Positions 22,861-33,910 of a stretch of DNA of 64,000 bases are shown one piece after another. The stretch spans positions 7,998,001 to 8,062,000 of the forward strand of contig OU015568.1 of the NCBI GenBank assembly GCA_907165135.1. Reading direction: 5' to 3'. The notes beneath the pieces were generated by a model. It had not been told where the DNA came from. It did not search any database and worked only from the letters and a program-made list of their open reading frames with translations. The position numbers and the translations under genes were made by a program. Source of the stretch: Oikopleura dioica. Its lineage: Eukaryota > Animalia > Chordata. The stretch's first letter is position 1. Each line of letters opens with the position of its first letter.

Positions 22861-24329
22861 ATGACCGAAACGAAACCACAAGAACCGAAGCCCGTCCCAG
22901 CGCAAGATGCTGCGGAGCAACAATCGCCTCAAGAAGTCGACGAGGCACAAGACAAGTTTCAGACAGTTGGCGCCAAAAACCACCGCGTCGAGAACATCAA
23001 GAAAAATTACTCAAAACCGGTGATTATCCCTTTTTCTTTCCAAATCAATGACCAATGCTTAGAATATCAGAAAACGAACAGAGTCCTGGTCGCAAAAAGA
23101 TCATCAGCTTACCCGAGCGCTTGCAGGCATCCTGCGCCACGGAATGATGGGCTTTCAACCTGACGAGTCTGGATTCCTCTATCTTGACGACATCCTGAAG
23201 CACCATCACTTCAAGGACACGCTCAAAGTCGGAGAAGACGACCTCAAGCGGTAAGCTACGCTTAAATTGCTATAAATTTAATTCTTCTTAGAGTTGGCGA
23301 GCTGGAGGACAAGAAGGGCGTTAAAATGTTCGAGCTCGTACACGACGGGTAATTCCGCATGTCCGTTGTTCCATTTTACTGGTTTAAGTAAACTGTGGAA
23401 GATGCGTGCCCGAGCGACAAACAACCCGGCTGGAGTCGAGGTCTCGCTCAAAATGGCTGCCGAGTACCCCGTCTGTGTCCATGGCACCTGGTGGAAGGCA
23501 TGGGAGGATATGAAGAAGAAAGGAATTTCCCGTCTCGGCCGTAATCCTATTCACTTCTGCTCCGGAATGATTGGCAGAGGTGAGAACTAGTCTTCTAGAG
23601 CCGCTTATTCAATAAATAAAGGTGGTGTGATCCCCGGCATTCGATCCAACTGCGAAGTCCTCGTCTACATCGATCTCCAGCGCGCTATCAAGGACAAGAT
23701 CAAATTCTACCGCGATGAAGACGGCGTCCTCAGCACTCACGGAAACAAGCACTCCGTAATTTCACCAAAATATTTTACCCACGCGATTCACGTCTCTCCT
23801 ACCACCGGACAGCAAATCTACTGTGAAGACTTATCAAGTAACTAACGCCTTACGATGATGTGCTAACCATCTTCAGATTTGAAAGGAGTAGAGGGAGAAG
23901 CCCACGAGTCTGTTCGCCCGCAGAGAAATCAAGGAAATCAAGGCCGTGGTGGACGCGGCGGCGGACGTGGAAGAGGTCGTGGTCGCGGAGGTGGTCGAGG
24001 TGGATCCAGAGCTGAGTCAAGAGCGTCTGAAGTCAAGCCAGACGGACCTGCAGGAGATAACACTGAAAATCCAACAGTAAGCCCTTCCTGTATCATCATC
24101 TGCTAACCATTATTAGATCAATGAAGATGGCAGCGCTGCGGCAACAAAACCAAAAAACAACCGACCTCGTCGCAATCGAAATCGTAACAAAAACAAAACG
24201 GATAACAACAAGGACAAACCAGCACAGGATGAAACCAAAAAAGAGGGAACCCCAGCGAACTCCGATGAAGTTCAAAAAGTCACCGAGAAAGTTCAAAAGC
24301 TCGATGTTGCTGCTGAAGAGTCGAAATAA
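22861..24329 (+). CDS. TRPT1: Divergent tRNA 2'-phosphotransferase (Tpt1/KptA) with RGG-rich C-terminal extension
   Basis: ILRHG, VCVHGTWWKAW, GRNPIHF, GIRSNCEVLVYID and ISPKYF motifs across exons. RGG tract at ~23940-24000. Confidence 0.75.
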
Positions 24330-24648
24330 AAAAAGCATTTCCACTTTCAGAAACAACGAAAAAAAGTAGAAAATTCACAGAAATAGAAAAATACACCGAA
24401 AAAAAACAAAAACTATGTGTCTGTACCTTAGGACCTCAAAGCAAGCACCGCCAAAAATATATTATATATAGATAGAAAAATTTAACTGCTACAACTCTTT
24501 GGAAACATAATGCGATAAAATATCAAGAAGATTTATCGTTATTCAAAAATTATTACCGCCTGTGACAAGTAAAAACACAGTTTATAGAAAGAAGAAATAT
24601 ACAAATGCAATAGTTCCAAACTCGCTTTTCAAGTTTAATCTTCAGAGC

Positions 24649-25262
24649 ATGAATACTTCTCGCGCTCTCCGGGGAATCTGGAAGGAGCACATGAAGCCCA
24701 TCAAGAGGCATATCGAGGGTTTCAAGCAGGCCAAGGCCAAGCACAACACCTGGCTCCCAGCAAGCATCCAGGGTCCCCTGACTCGACTCACCAGAGACTC
24801 GTACATCAGGACCGGTGATCTCGTCGGAACTGACTCTCGAGGTAACTTTTAGCCACTCTTCCGGGTTCTTCAGAGTTTATTTTAGGAAATACTTATTACA
24901 TGAACAACGACTACCCTATTCCTCGACAGCGATGGGTTGTCTTTGCTGAGGATACTTGGGAGAAGCGATGGGACTTTGATGCATCTGATGTTCCATCTGA
25001 ATGGCACAGGTCAGTCCGCCTTTTCCTTAGAAAAAGAGTGATCAATTCTTTAGATGGCTCGCTTATATGACCGATGATCCACCAACTGCCTACGGTGTTC
25101 CTCCAACTCCTCGGTAATTCTCTTATATCCAACGGCTCGGACTAATCTTTCTTTAGAAAATTCATCACCGCTTACGAACGAAACCAAACCGGTACCGTCG
25201 ACCGATATGTTCCCGCCACCACCACCCGAAAGAAGATTGAAAGCTGGGATCCAGAAGCCTAA
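24649..25262 (+). CDS. NDUFA12: NADH dehydrogenase 1 alpha subcomplex subunit 12
   Basis: GDLVGTDSRGNKYY...RWV...DASDVPSEWHRWL...PPT motifs over four exons. Confidence 0.9.
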
Positions 25263-25602
25263 TCTCATCCAGTTTATGTTCCCATGTCTGCGTGACTATT
25301 CGAAATCTATTTATTGAAAATACAAGTTCAAGAAATTTACTTCATAAGACAGATTCATAGTTAGACTTTTGAAATTGTCTCCAACTAGAGCGCGTGTTAT
25401 TTATACAAATTAGCCACGAAGACCTTTTGCCAAATATTTATCAACACTCTCAATTAACTAGCCGCTAAGTAGAAGATTCTCTAAACACGTTAAATTCGTT
25501 CAAAGGCCGTTCTAGCTAAATTCCTTCTGAAAAGCAATCATAGTAGGCGTCGGTAAACAATTGACCGCAATATTTTTCAGAGGCAAGAAAAAGATCGCAA
25601 AA

Positions 25603-28600
25603 ATGAACTCGCAAGTTAGAAAAAGTACTCTTTTGCTCGGAGGTGCGCTGGGGATTTTCATCTATGCATTTTTCAAGCGAAAAAATAGAGGACCTAGGAA
25701 AGTTGGGAAGGTGGTAGAACTCGTTGTTTACCCACTCAAATCGGCAAAGGGAAATTATCATGAAACGTAAGTAGAAAAGAATTTTTTCAAAAAATAGAGT
25801 TTATTTAAAAAATAGAAATATATGGGCAGATAGTATTATTGAAAAGAGGGTCTAAAAGATGTTCGTCTTCGTGCTGGAAGCTCGTCTGCTTCTTCTGGGA
25901 TTATTTCCACGTCGTTGTCCTGATTATCCTGACCGTACATTCCAGGCTTGAAAGAGGTTCTGCGACGAGCTGCGTCGCCACTTTTGGTGTCCACTTTCGT
26001 CCTGATGACTTTAGGATTGTAGGTCATCCGACGTTCCGCTTGCTTTCGCTCAGCGATACGACAGAAAACGCACTTTCCAGTGAAGAGATTTTCGTTTGTC
26101 GTAGAAACCGGGAAGGGGCGGGCGCACTCGATGCAAAGCTCAGTACGTACTCCTGCGTCTTTTTTGTTGTTCTATCAATGAAATTGTTGAGTACAAGTTT
26201 TATTTGCGTTACCTGAACTAAGGGAATCTTATCGATGTCTTCAATGTTCCAATATCTTATCGTTCCGTCTTTGCAGCCAGATATTACTCGAGTACCTTCA
26301 ATATTTCCTTCCACAGTATTGACCCAGTCTTGATGCCCCTGAAGGGGAATTTGCGCCATTTCGTGATCAAGATTCCAAAGCATAACTCGTTTGTCGTAGC
26401 CACCAGAAACCATGTGCTGTCCACGGCTGTTTTTTTATACTTATTTATTTATCAAAAATTTTATTACCTGTAAATGCGCACAGAAGCCACACTTCCATGA
26501 TGAGCAATGGCGAATTGCTCGCGAAGTGTCCCTTTTCTTCTATAATTACCAGTGGAAACATCCATCATCCTTATCGACTTGTCCCAGCTTCCAGAGACAA
26601 GCATTCGTTCGTCTTTATCAAAGCAGATTGAGGAAACGGCGTTCGAATGCTCGTGAAACTTGAGGGTGAATTTTCGAGCTTTGACGTCCCAAATCATGAC
26701 TTCGCCCTAAATAAGACTGTTTTGGAGTTCTCAAATTTATTTTACCTGTAGAGTACCAATGGCAATTCTTTGTGAGTTTGGGCTGAACTCTAGACAAGTA
26801 GGTGTGGAGTCAAGTTGAATCGTATCAAATTTGTTATCTGTCCTAGCATCGTAAATGATCGCTTCATTCTTGATGTCCTGCGTTACTGCGTAGTATCTGG
26901 AGTTGTTAGAATAGTCACAGCTTGTCAACAGACCCTCGTGGTCGATATCTAAAATTTCCTCGCCAGAGTGTTTGTCAAAAAGATGCAGAGTTTTGTCCAA
27001 AGATACGGCTTTTGGAGATTTCAATTTTCAATTCCTGTTCCGCGTTAAAAGAGCCCTGTCGGACCCATCAAAGATTATATAATAACATAACATGTTTAAA
27101 ATTAATGTTGCTCAATAATTGCATATTATACCTTGTTAAAATATTTTGAAAGAGATTCGGTTCTACAAATATGGTTTTCTTGGTGTATTCTTTGGATATA
27201 AGCCCTCAAAAAGGACATTCAAAAATAAAATTTAATACAAAACGTGTCAAAAGATATTAATTGAGATCTTATTCAATGGAATACTTAAATTAATTAAACA
27301 CGCGTTCATTCACTAAGGTTTATGATATTCACCAGTTAATATTTCTCTAGAAATAATTGAGAAATCTCGTACATAAAATGACATCTTCATTATTTTCGAC
27401 TGATTTCAACGCTGCCGCGTTGTGCCCAAACGTCGACAAGGCCTGTCCAGTCTCTACTTCCCACAGGGTCGTGTTAGTATCATCAGATGCTGCAAGAAAC
27501 TGGCGCTGGTCTTTAGTAAATCGAATCGTGTTGATCGCCGCATCTGCTCCCTGAACACAGCGAACGGGATGTTCGATAGTTCCTCTTGCTCCCACGAAAG
27601 ATTCATCTTTTGATTTTATCAAACTAGCAAAAACAAGGAGAAAACTAGAACTAGAAAATGCTTTTACAAAACGATTATTCAATTGTTTGTGCTATGACTA
27701 CTTTGCTTTGTTTAATATTTTCCTAGCGCTATTGCTGCGAAAACTGGACTTCAAGGAGAAAATGACGGACTTGTGGATAGAACTTTCGCCATAAGAAGAG
27801 CGGATGATAACACGAAAAGTAAAAGAAAAATTATGAAACTTTCTATCTAAATTTGAAAAGTTAGCGGTCGTGAATGCCCGAAACTCGTCCTGGTATCCTG
27901 CCGAAGAGAAGGGGATCAACTCGTTGTCACTGGACCCGGAATGGAACACGAGTTGCACGTTCCAGTGAAGAGCTCGGGAAATGACACGAAACTTGAACTA
28001 TTTGGAACGTGGATAGATTGCCAAGAGGGATCTGAAGAAGCTGCCAAGTGGTTTACTGAGTACTTGGGCCTGGAAGTCAAGCTTAGCATCAATGCAAACG
28101 GGCGTTTTCTCCGAGACAATGAAAAGGATTGGGCGCGCACGTGGCGCTTAGAAGGAGTTCCAGAGGAAGACCATGAGACAGCTTTTGCTGATGGAGCACC
28201 GATTCTTATGCTTAGTACGCAGAGCTTGGTGGATATCAATTCAAGGATTCAGCACAAGTCCTATACCATGAAGACCTTTAGACCAAACATCATCATCTCG
28301 ACAGAGAACGGAAAACCATGGGATGAAGATGAATGGTGTGGAAAGCTACAGATCGGAGAAGCAATACTGGCAGTTTCTAGCCCGTGTCCTAGGTGCATCT
28401 TTACAACGATCGATCCTGAAACTGCGCAGAGGTAAATTTTAACTGATAGCCTTTCAGGAATGCCCTTCTTTACTATACTTTGCAGAGACAAAGAGTTGGA
28501 GCCCCTCAAATCACTTCGAAAATTTCGCATGTCAAAGGGAAAAGATGCAAACTACGGCATTGATTCTCCTCTAGTTGGAGTCAACGTCGTTATTATCAAA

Positions 28601-28648
28601 CAAGGAAAAATTTTTGTCGGTGATGATATCATCCTACTCAACGAATAA
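25603..28648 (+). CDS. MTARC: Mitochondrial amidoxime reducing component (MOSC domain)
   Basis: N-terminal TM, VYPLKSAKG, long intron 25767-27726, then FADGAPIL, FRPNII and PCPRCIFTTID motifs. Confidence 0.9.
25836..27606 (-). CDS. WD40-repeat protein (WDR88-like), nested antisense in MARC intron 1
   Basis: Several GH...WD/WN/WE repeats in ORFs 27347-27682, 26737-27024, 26464-26697 and 26024-26413. One apparent 1-nt frameshift near the start. Confidence 0.8.
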
Positions 28649-28769
28649 ACATACAAAATTGATAGAAGAATATTTTATTCAAGATTTAATGCAGTGATAC
28701 AAGTATTCGATTTCGCTACTAGAGTTTCAGTTAAAGCAATAGGTACAGAATGAATTATTATAGGTCAGT

Positions 28770-30170
28770 TTACTTTCGTCCTCGATTAAGGAGTCCCCAT
28801 CTGTTTGGTCGTTTCTTTTGTTTCTTTTTTGGCTTTTCCTCTTCTTCTTCCTCGACAAAGTCATTGCCGAATCCAAGGCCAGTATCCATCAACATTCCGT
28901 TGTTGTTACAGGAACCGTCCTTCACGTATCGAATAGAAAAGTCATTTGCACAAGATGCACTTTGGAGGAAGCTGAGATTGGTGTATTCTATGCCATCACT
29001 ACCGCAGACGATTCTCATGTCACGAGTTTGGAATTTCGGGCAGCATCCGCCAGGGTGGACAACTTCGATAGGGATGTTTTGCTCGCATGCAGCTTTGTCC
29101 ATCAAGCATGAGTTGGTGTAGGTTACTCCATCTGAGCCGCAGACTTCACTTCTGAAAGTTCCACAGCTAGGGCACAATTTAGGGATTCCAACATCCATTT
29201 GCATGCCATTGTCTTCTTCTTCTTCTTCCTCTTCCTCTTCGGCTTCACATGGACCTTGTGAGACGATTCTCCAAGTTTGAGCAGATTGATCATATGTATC
29301 GGCGCTATTGTCTTGAGCCTCGCACTTGGCCCAGAGGAAAACGATATCGTTTGCGTACTCTTCGCCGTTGCTAGCACAGACAGGAGCGTACATTCGATGT
29401 GGTGGATTTAGACGAGTGATCTTCTCATCTTGGAAGCAAGCAGTGACTTCCATAGCGCACTCGTTACTGTATCTGTTTCCGTCGGAGCCGCAGACCGGGT
29501 CGAAGATAGCAGGACAGGCTTTTTCGCAACGTTGAGCACGGGTAAACGCACACGCACCATCAGTAGCTTCCCAATCGCGTGCGTTCTTGTCTCCCTCTCG
29601 TTGAGCGTCGCATTTGGCCAGGACAAACATGTCTCGATTGCCATAAGTGACACCGCCGTGGCAGACTTGATCAAGCATTCTATTGGCGCCGACTTGCTCG
29701 CGTACATCACTGCCGTTTAGGCAATTCTGGAGTCTCATCTGACACTCATTGTCATAGAGAACGCCATTGTCGCCGCAGACGGGATCGTAAATACGAGGAC
29801 AGTAAATGCGGCACTCTGGCTCTTCTGGCTCCTCGATTTCTTCCTCTTCTTCCTCTTCGCCGACGTCTAGGAGCATTTCGTTGACGGAACAGTCCGTGCC
29901 CCGTCGGAGAAACTCGAGGTCTTTGTTTCCGTAGCAGTATTCCGATTTGAAGATGCAGGGGTTCGCTCTGTACTTGCCGTCAGTACCACAGATTGGGTCC
30001 CAGTAGAGTTCCGTGCACAAGTTTTTCTTCAAGTAGTTGGTGCAGTCAAGCTCCTCCATTGGCTGCGTCTCGAGGTCGAAGTCTGGCTCCTTAATTGTAG
30101 GTCTGACGATGTAGCTCTCGAAGTCCCATCTTGCAGTCGCCGTTGCAACAAAAGCAGCAAAAGTTTTCAT
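28770..30170 (-). CDS. Secreted multi-Kazal (about 7 domains) protein with poly-Glu linkers, intronless
   Basis: ATG 30170 (MKTFAAFVATATA); repeated PVCGSDGxxYxNxC motifs in a single open frame. Confidence 0.9.
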   Translation of the reverse strand: MKTFAAFVATATARWDFESYIVRPTIKEPDFDLETQPMEELDCTNYLKKNLCTELYWDPICGTDGKYRANPCIFKSEYCYGNKDLEFLRRGTDCSVNEMLLDVGEEEEEEEIEEPEEPECRIYCPRIYDPVCGDNGVLYDNECQMRLQNCLNGSDVREQVGANRMLDQVCHGGVTYGNRDMFVLAKCDAQREGDKNARDWEATDGACAFTRAQRCEKACPAIFDPVCGSDGNRYSNECAMEVTACFQDEKITRLNPPHRMYAPVCASNGEEYANDIVFLWAKCEAQDNSADTYDQSAQTWRIVSQGPCEAEEEEEEEEEDNGMQMDVGIPKLCPSCGTFRSEVCGSDGVTYTNSCLMDKAACEQNIPIEVVHPGGCCPKFQTRDMRIVCGSDGIEYTNLSFLQSASCANDFSIRYVKDGSCNNNGMLMDTGLGFGNDFVEEEEEEKPKKKQKKRPNRWGLLNRGRK

Positions 30171-30358
30171 TTTTTGTATTTGATTTGAATCCTCGTTTAG
30201 TTTTCTAACTAGGGATTGATGTGCTGGAGGAGAGCTGGAGCTGGTTAAATAGCAAGAGAGCCCTATGCCAGCGGGCACGTTCGCCTCGCTGACACCACCA
30301 GTTCTAACGCTCCACCACCATGAGAAACTATGACTAGGACCATCAGCAGATGCATTCG

Positions 30359-30455
30359 TGACGTCAGATGTACGAAACGTCAGAATTTTACGTCACATTA
30401 TTAAAACGTCACAAATTCCCTAGGCAATCATCCCAACCGGTCCGCTCTGACGTCA
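30359..30455. promoter_or_regulatory. Cluster of CRE sites upstream of the Kazal gene
   Basis: TGACGTCA at 30359 and 30448; ACGTCA half-sites at 30377, 30390 and 30406. Confidence 0.5.
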
Positions 30456-30659
30456 TGTTCTTCTGAGTATAAGAATAACTTTAAGGACAGGTAACCTGTG
30501 AAAAAATAAACTTCAAGCTAGAATTCAAGATTAGTGTTAGCACCTTGCTGCAGGTGTTGAGATAGACCTTGTTTATGGTCCTACGTCGCTAAAAACGAGT
30601 TCAAATTCAAAATAATTCCTGTCTTGGAATTTAATCTTGGAAAGAGGTTCACAGTAGAA

Positions 30660-32441
30660 GAATGGAGAGTCTCTTAAACTTTTCCTGGAGATTACCGGAG
30701 GAGATTAAAGAAGATTACTTGAGTGGAAAGTTGAACAGTATTTACTTTGTTTCAGCAGGTACAGCTTCTTGATCATTTTCTCTTGGAAACAAATGACTAG
30801 ATGAGACGAGAAAAATTGGCCTTGGTCCTTACTACCCGCCGTTATTCTGTCAATACACCAGAAAGTGGGTTGAATCTGGAAGAAGATTACGTTTCAGATC
30901 CCCTTTTCTTTTCCGATAAAATATGATTACCTTTGTGGATCCTTTTGAAGTCATGTTATATTCAAGAACTTCTCGTACGAAATTGTCAAGGCTTACGCCG
31001 ATTACCTCCACGAGATCGATATTAAATGTAAGTAAAGAGAGTAATTGTTCTTGCGATACATTATTTTCTGATCGCATTTTCCATCTTGTGATAAAGTTAA
31101 TTGATTCAATTTGATGAAATTCAAACCTGACATAGAATATCAATCTAATACTGTTATAGTGAAGTGTCTGAACGATTGGGTTCAAATGTTAGAGTTCGCC
31201 TGCTATATCGGACGAAAGGATCTTTTGGATAAAGCATTGGCTCATTTGTGCGAAGTTCAGGAAGGGTTCAAAATTTCGGCCTAAATCTACAATTAGAGAA
31301 AGTGTTTTTGAATTTATAAAAGCCGAAGCTCGATAGAAGATCAGCAGTTTATTCCGCTTTGGCAATCATGAACGTTTTAGAAGCAACCAACCATCGGTTT
31401 TGAAAACATTATTCTAAAACCAGTCAGTCATATACGCAATAAGCGAGTCCGAGAGCTTGTATTACGGCTGACACTTGACTTCGAAATAATAGAAATGGCA
31501 TCCGAAGTAAACCGTAAGAAAAACTTCTTGCTCCGTCTTATCTAGCTTTCAGAGCTGCTGAACAACATCGAAGACCTAAAAAGCAGGTTCATTAATTGCA
31601 AATAATCAATTAACCGTGATTATTTCAACATAATTAATTACTCTCTATCAGTCTCTGACGGTGTTTACATGAGCGAGAAGGACAATATCATGGGAATCAT
31701 TGGTAATTAATTGTTAAACATCATCACCGTTAATTTTTCCGATAAGCGAGGACGCTGCGCCACAGAAAAGAAGAAGTCGACAAGTCAGCAATACGAAACG
31801 ACATCTTTAATCGCTTTTCGGCATTGAAAAGAATGGATAGGCCTACAATGCGTAAGCCGCTTCAAAAATATTTCGAACTGATTTTCAGATCAATGGGATC
31901 CCGCAAACTCCTCGAGGGAACTTTTAAACTTCGACCCGAACGACCCAGGTCACATCTGGCAAGAAGACCAAAAAGGATGGAAATATGCAGTTTCAAAGCT
32001 TGGCCACACGAAGAACATACAGTTTTGGCACACTGAGTTTATCGATTCTAGTTATCCGAAGATTCCTACGCTTTCACTTGGAATCTGCACTCTGCCTTTT
32101 GACTCGGATGTTCAAACGAGAGGCATTTATAACTGCAATTCTATTTGGGTTTATACAGGTACTCTCTGAAAAAAGAAGAAAAATAAGCATTTTCAGCCCA
32201 CAATGGAATGTGCTACCACAAGGGAAAATCGACTAAACTGGATACATTCACGATAGGCGACATCGTCACGCTCAAACTTGATCTCACAAATCGTAAGCTG
32301 CTCATTTCACTCAATGGAGGACTCTTTCGGGAGGGATTCTCCTGCCTGCCCCGTAACGAAACTTTCTATGCATTTGCCAGCCTTTCGGATACCAAGGGTA
32401 ATCGAACCGACGAGATACGTATTGTCCGATACCCGAGATAA
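30660..32441 (+). pseudogene. Disrupted gene ending in a SPRY-like domain
   Basis: GDIVTLKLDLTNRKLLISLNG...FYAFASL resembles a SPRY C-terminus. Upstream exon-like fragments contain stops. Confidence 0.35.
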
Positions 32442-32856
32442 TTTAATAAATGCCGCAAATTAAAAATTCCTAAAACGCTCTTTTATCTGCCCGCGTCACT
32501 GATAATAGAAACCATCAAACGGAGATTGAACTATATGTTTTTGATATATTATGTACAGTATAAAAAGGAATTCGACGCCAGGCTATTGGAGATATTGGAG
32601 AATAAAATTAAGGCGGTTTATATACAAAGTGGCGGTTTCACATCGGGAATGCCGGTCGTTTGGTCTGGAATGGCAGCTGGTGGAAGCGCGGCGGCCATAG
32701 CTCCGCCGCCAAGTGGAGATGAGCCGGATGATCCAGGGGAAGAACCGGAGATTGAGTTGAAGCTGTCCAGAGTTCCGTGCTTCATCTAAAATTTCAGTCA
32801 GCGAAAAATGAATTACTTTGGATTTCGACGCGTCTTATTGATATCGAAATCGTCAA

Positions 32857-33910
32857 CTAATCAAAACTCTTGGTACTTACATAATCATTAGGGATCGGAG
32901 TCGAGTACATCTGGTTGATGGCTGCCGCTTGTGGTCCAAAAAGACTACCGTGAGGAATCGCTGGGTAATTCATTCCTCCAGCATTCGGCCAGAAGTAATT
33001 GCTGCCCCAGTGATTGCCGAAGCTAAATCTATCATTATTTTTAGCAGAGCACAAATTTTTCTAGGACTTACGAGTTGAGTGGGTATTTTGGGGCGTCTTC
33101 TGGCTTCTTTGTGCGCTTTCGTTTTCGCTGAGTAAGGGGAGCATCTGGTCGGGCGAGTTCTAGCGGTCGGTGGCGCTAAAAGGGAGTTTTAACTTTTCGA
33201 TTGATGTATAAATCGGAATCAGAGTGCGCGGAATCAAATCTTTGGACGTAACTGGACTGAATTGGTGATGGCGGAAGCCTCAGTACCGATACGGTGACAT
33301 GTTTGCCCAGACAACTCAAACACTTTTGCTAATTTTCCGGCCCTAGTCGACACTCGATGGCGACCACTCATCATTCAAAAGTCAAAGGTCGCAAACTCAA
33401 AGAACTTCTATCGATGCTTGTTTAAAAATATTTAGCAAAGAGTAAACCTGGGAGTAACTGACGGGCCTTGTCAGAACGGAGACAAATGGCGGGGTAACTG
33501 TTACGTTACTGTAAAGAAAGTTTACTTACCCCGTGGAGCGACCAGTAAAGTGTGCAAGCGTTGCATCCGAGCTGTCCCTCGATCTCTGGTCGGCTTCTGT
33601 CGATGGAAACGGAAGGCTTCTTCTTTTGGATGGTCTTTTTGACCTCCTCGGCAGTCTTGAACTTTCTCCAAAGGCTCGTTGTCGTCGTTTGGCAATTCGG
33701 GCACTTCTTGTTTTGCTTCTCGCGCTTGTTCCGCGAGTTAGTCAGCAGCGATGGGTGGCCCGTTGAACCGACTGAGCTTGCTTCCCAGGTGCGTGGCGAA
33801 CATGCTGGGCACAGCATATTTCCAGTCTTCGGATCAGGCTTGCCAGTCTCGCGGACAAATGAATTTCCGCACGCGGGGCATTCCTCCTTGTCTCCAGATC
33901 GTCCTTGAGC
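32857..33910 (-). CDS. Divergent GATA-type zinc-finger transcription factor (5' exons unresolved)
   Basis: CPNCQTTTTSLWRK...CNACTLYWSLHG, preceded by a CPAC-x19-CPAC finger. P/Q/N-rich last exon 32857-33054. Confidence 0.75.

Noticed and set aside
10800-24010. Shared RG repeats in element ORF E and TRPT1 as evidence of gene capture
   Set aside because: Low-complexity convergence; the codons and flanking sequence differ.
32526-32789. Protein-like ORF ending GDEPDDPGEEPEIELKLSRVPCFI
   Set aside because: No clear start, splice context or recognisable domain; cannot be supported as a gene from sequence alone.
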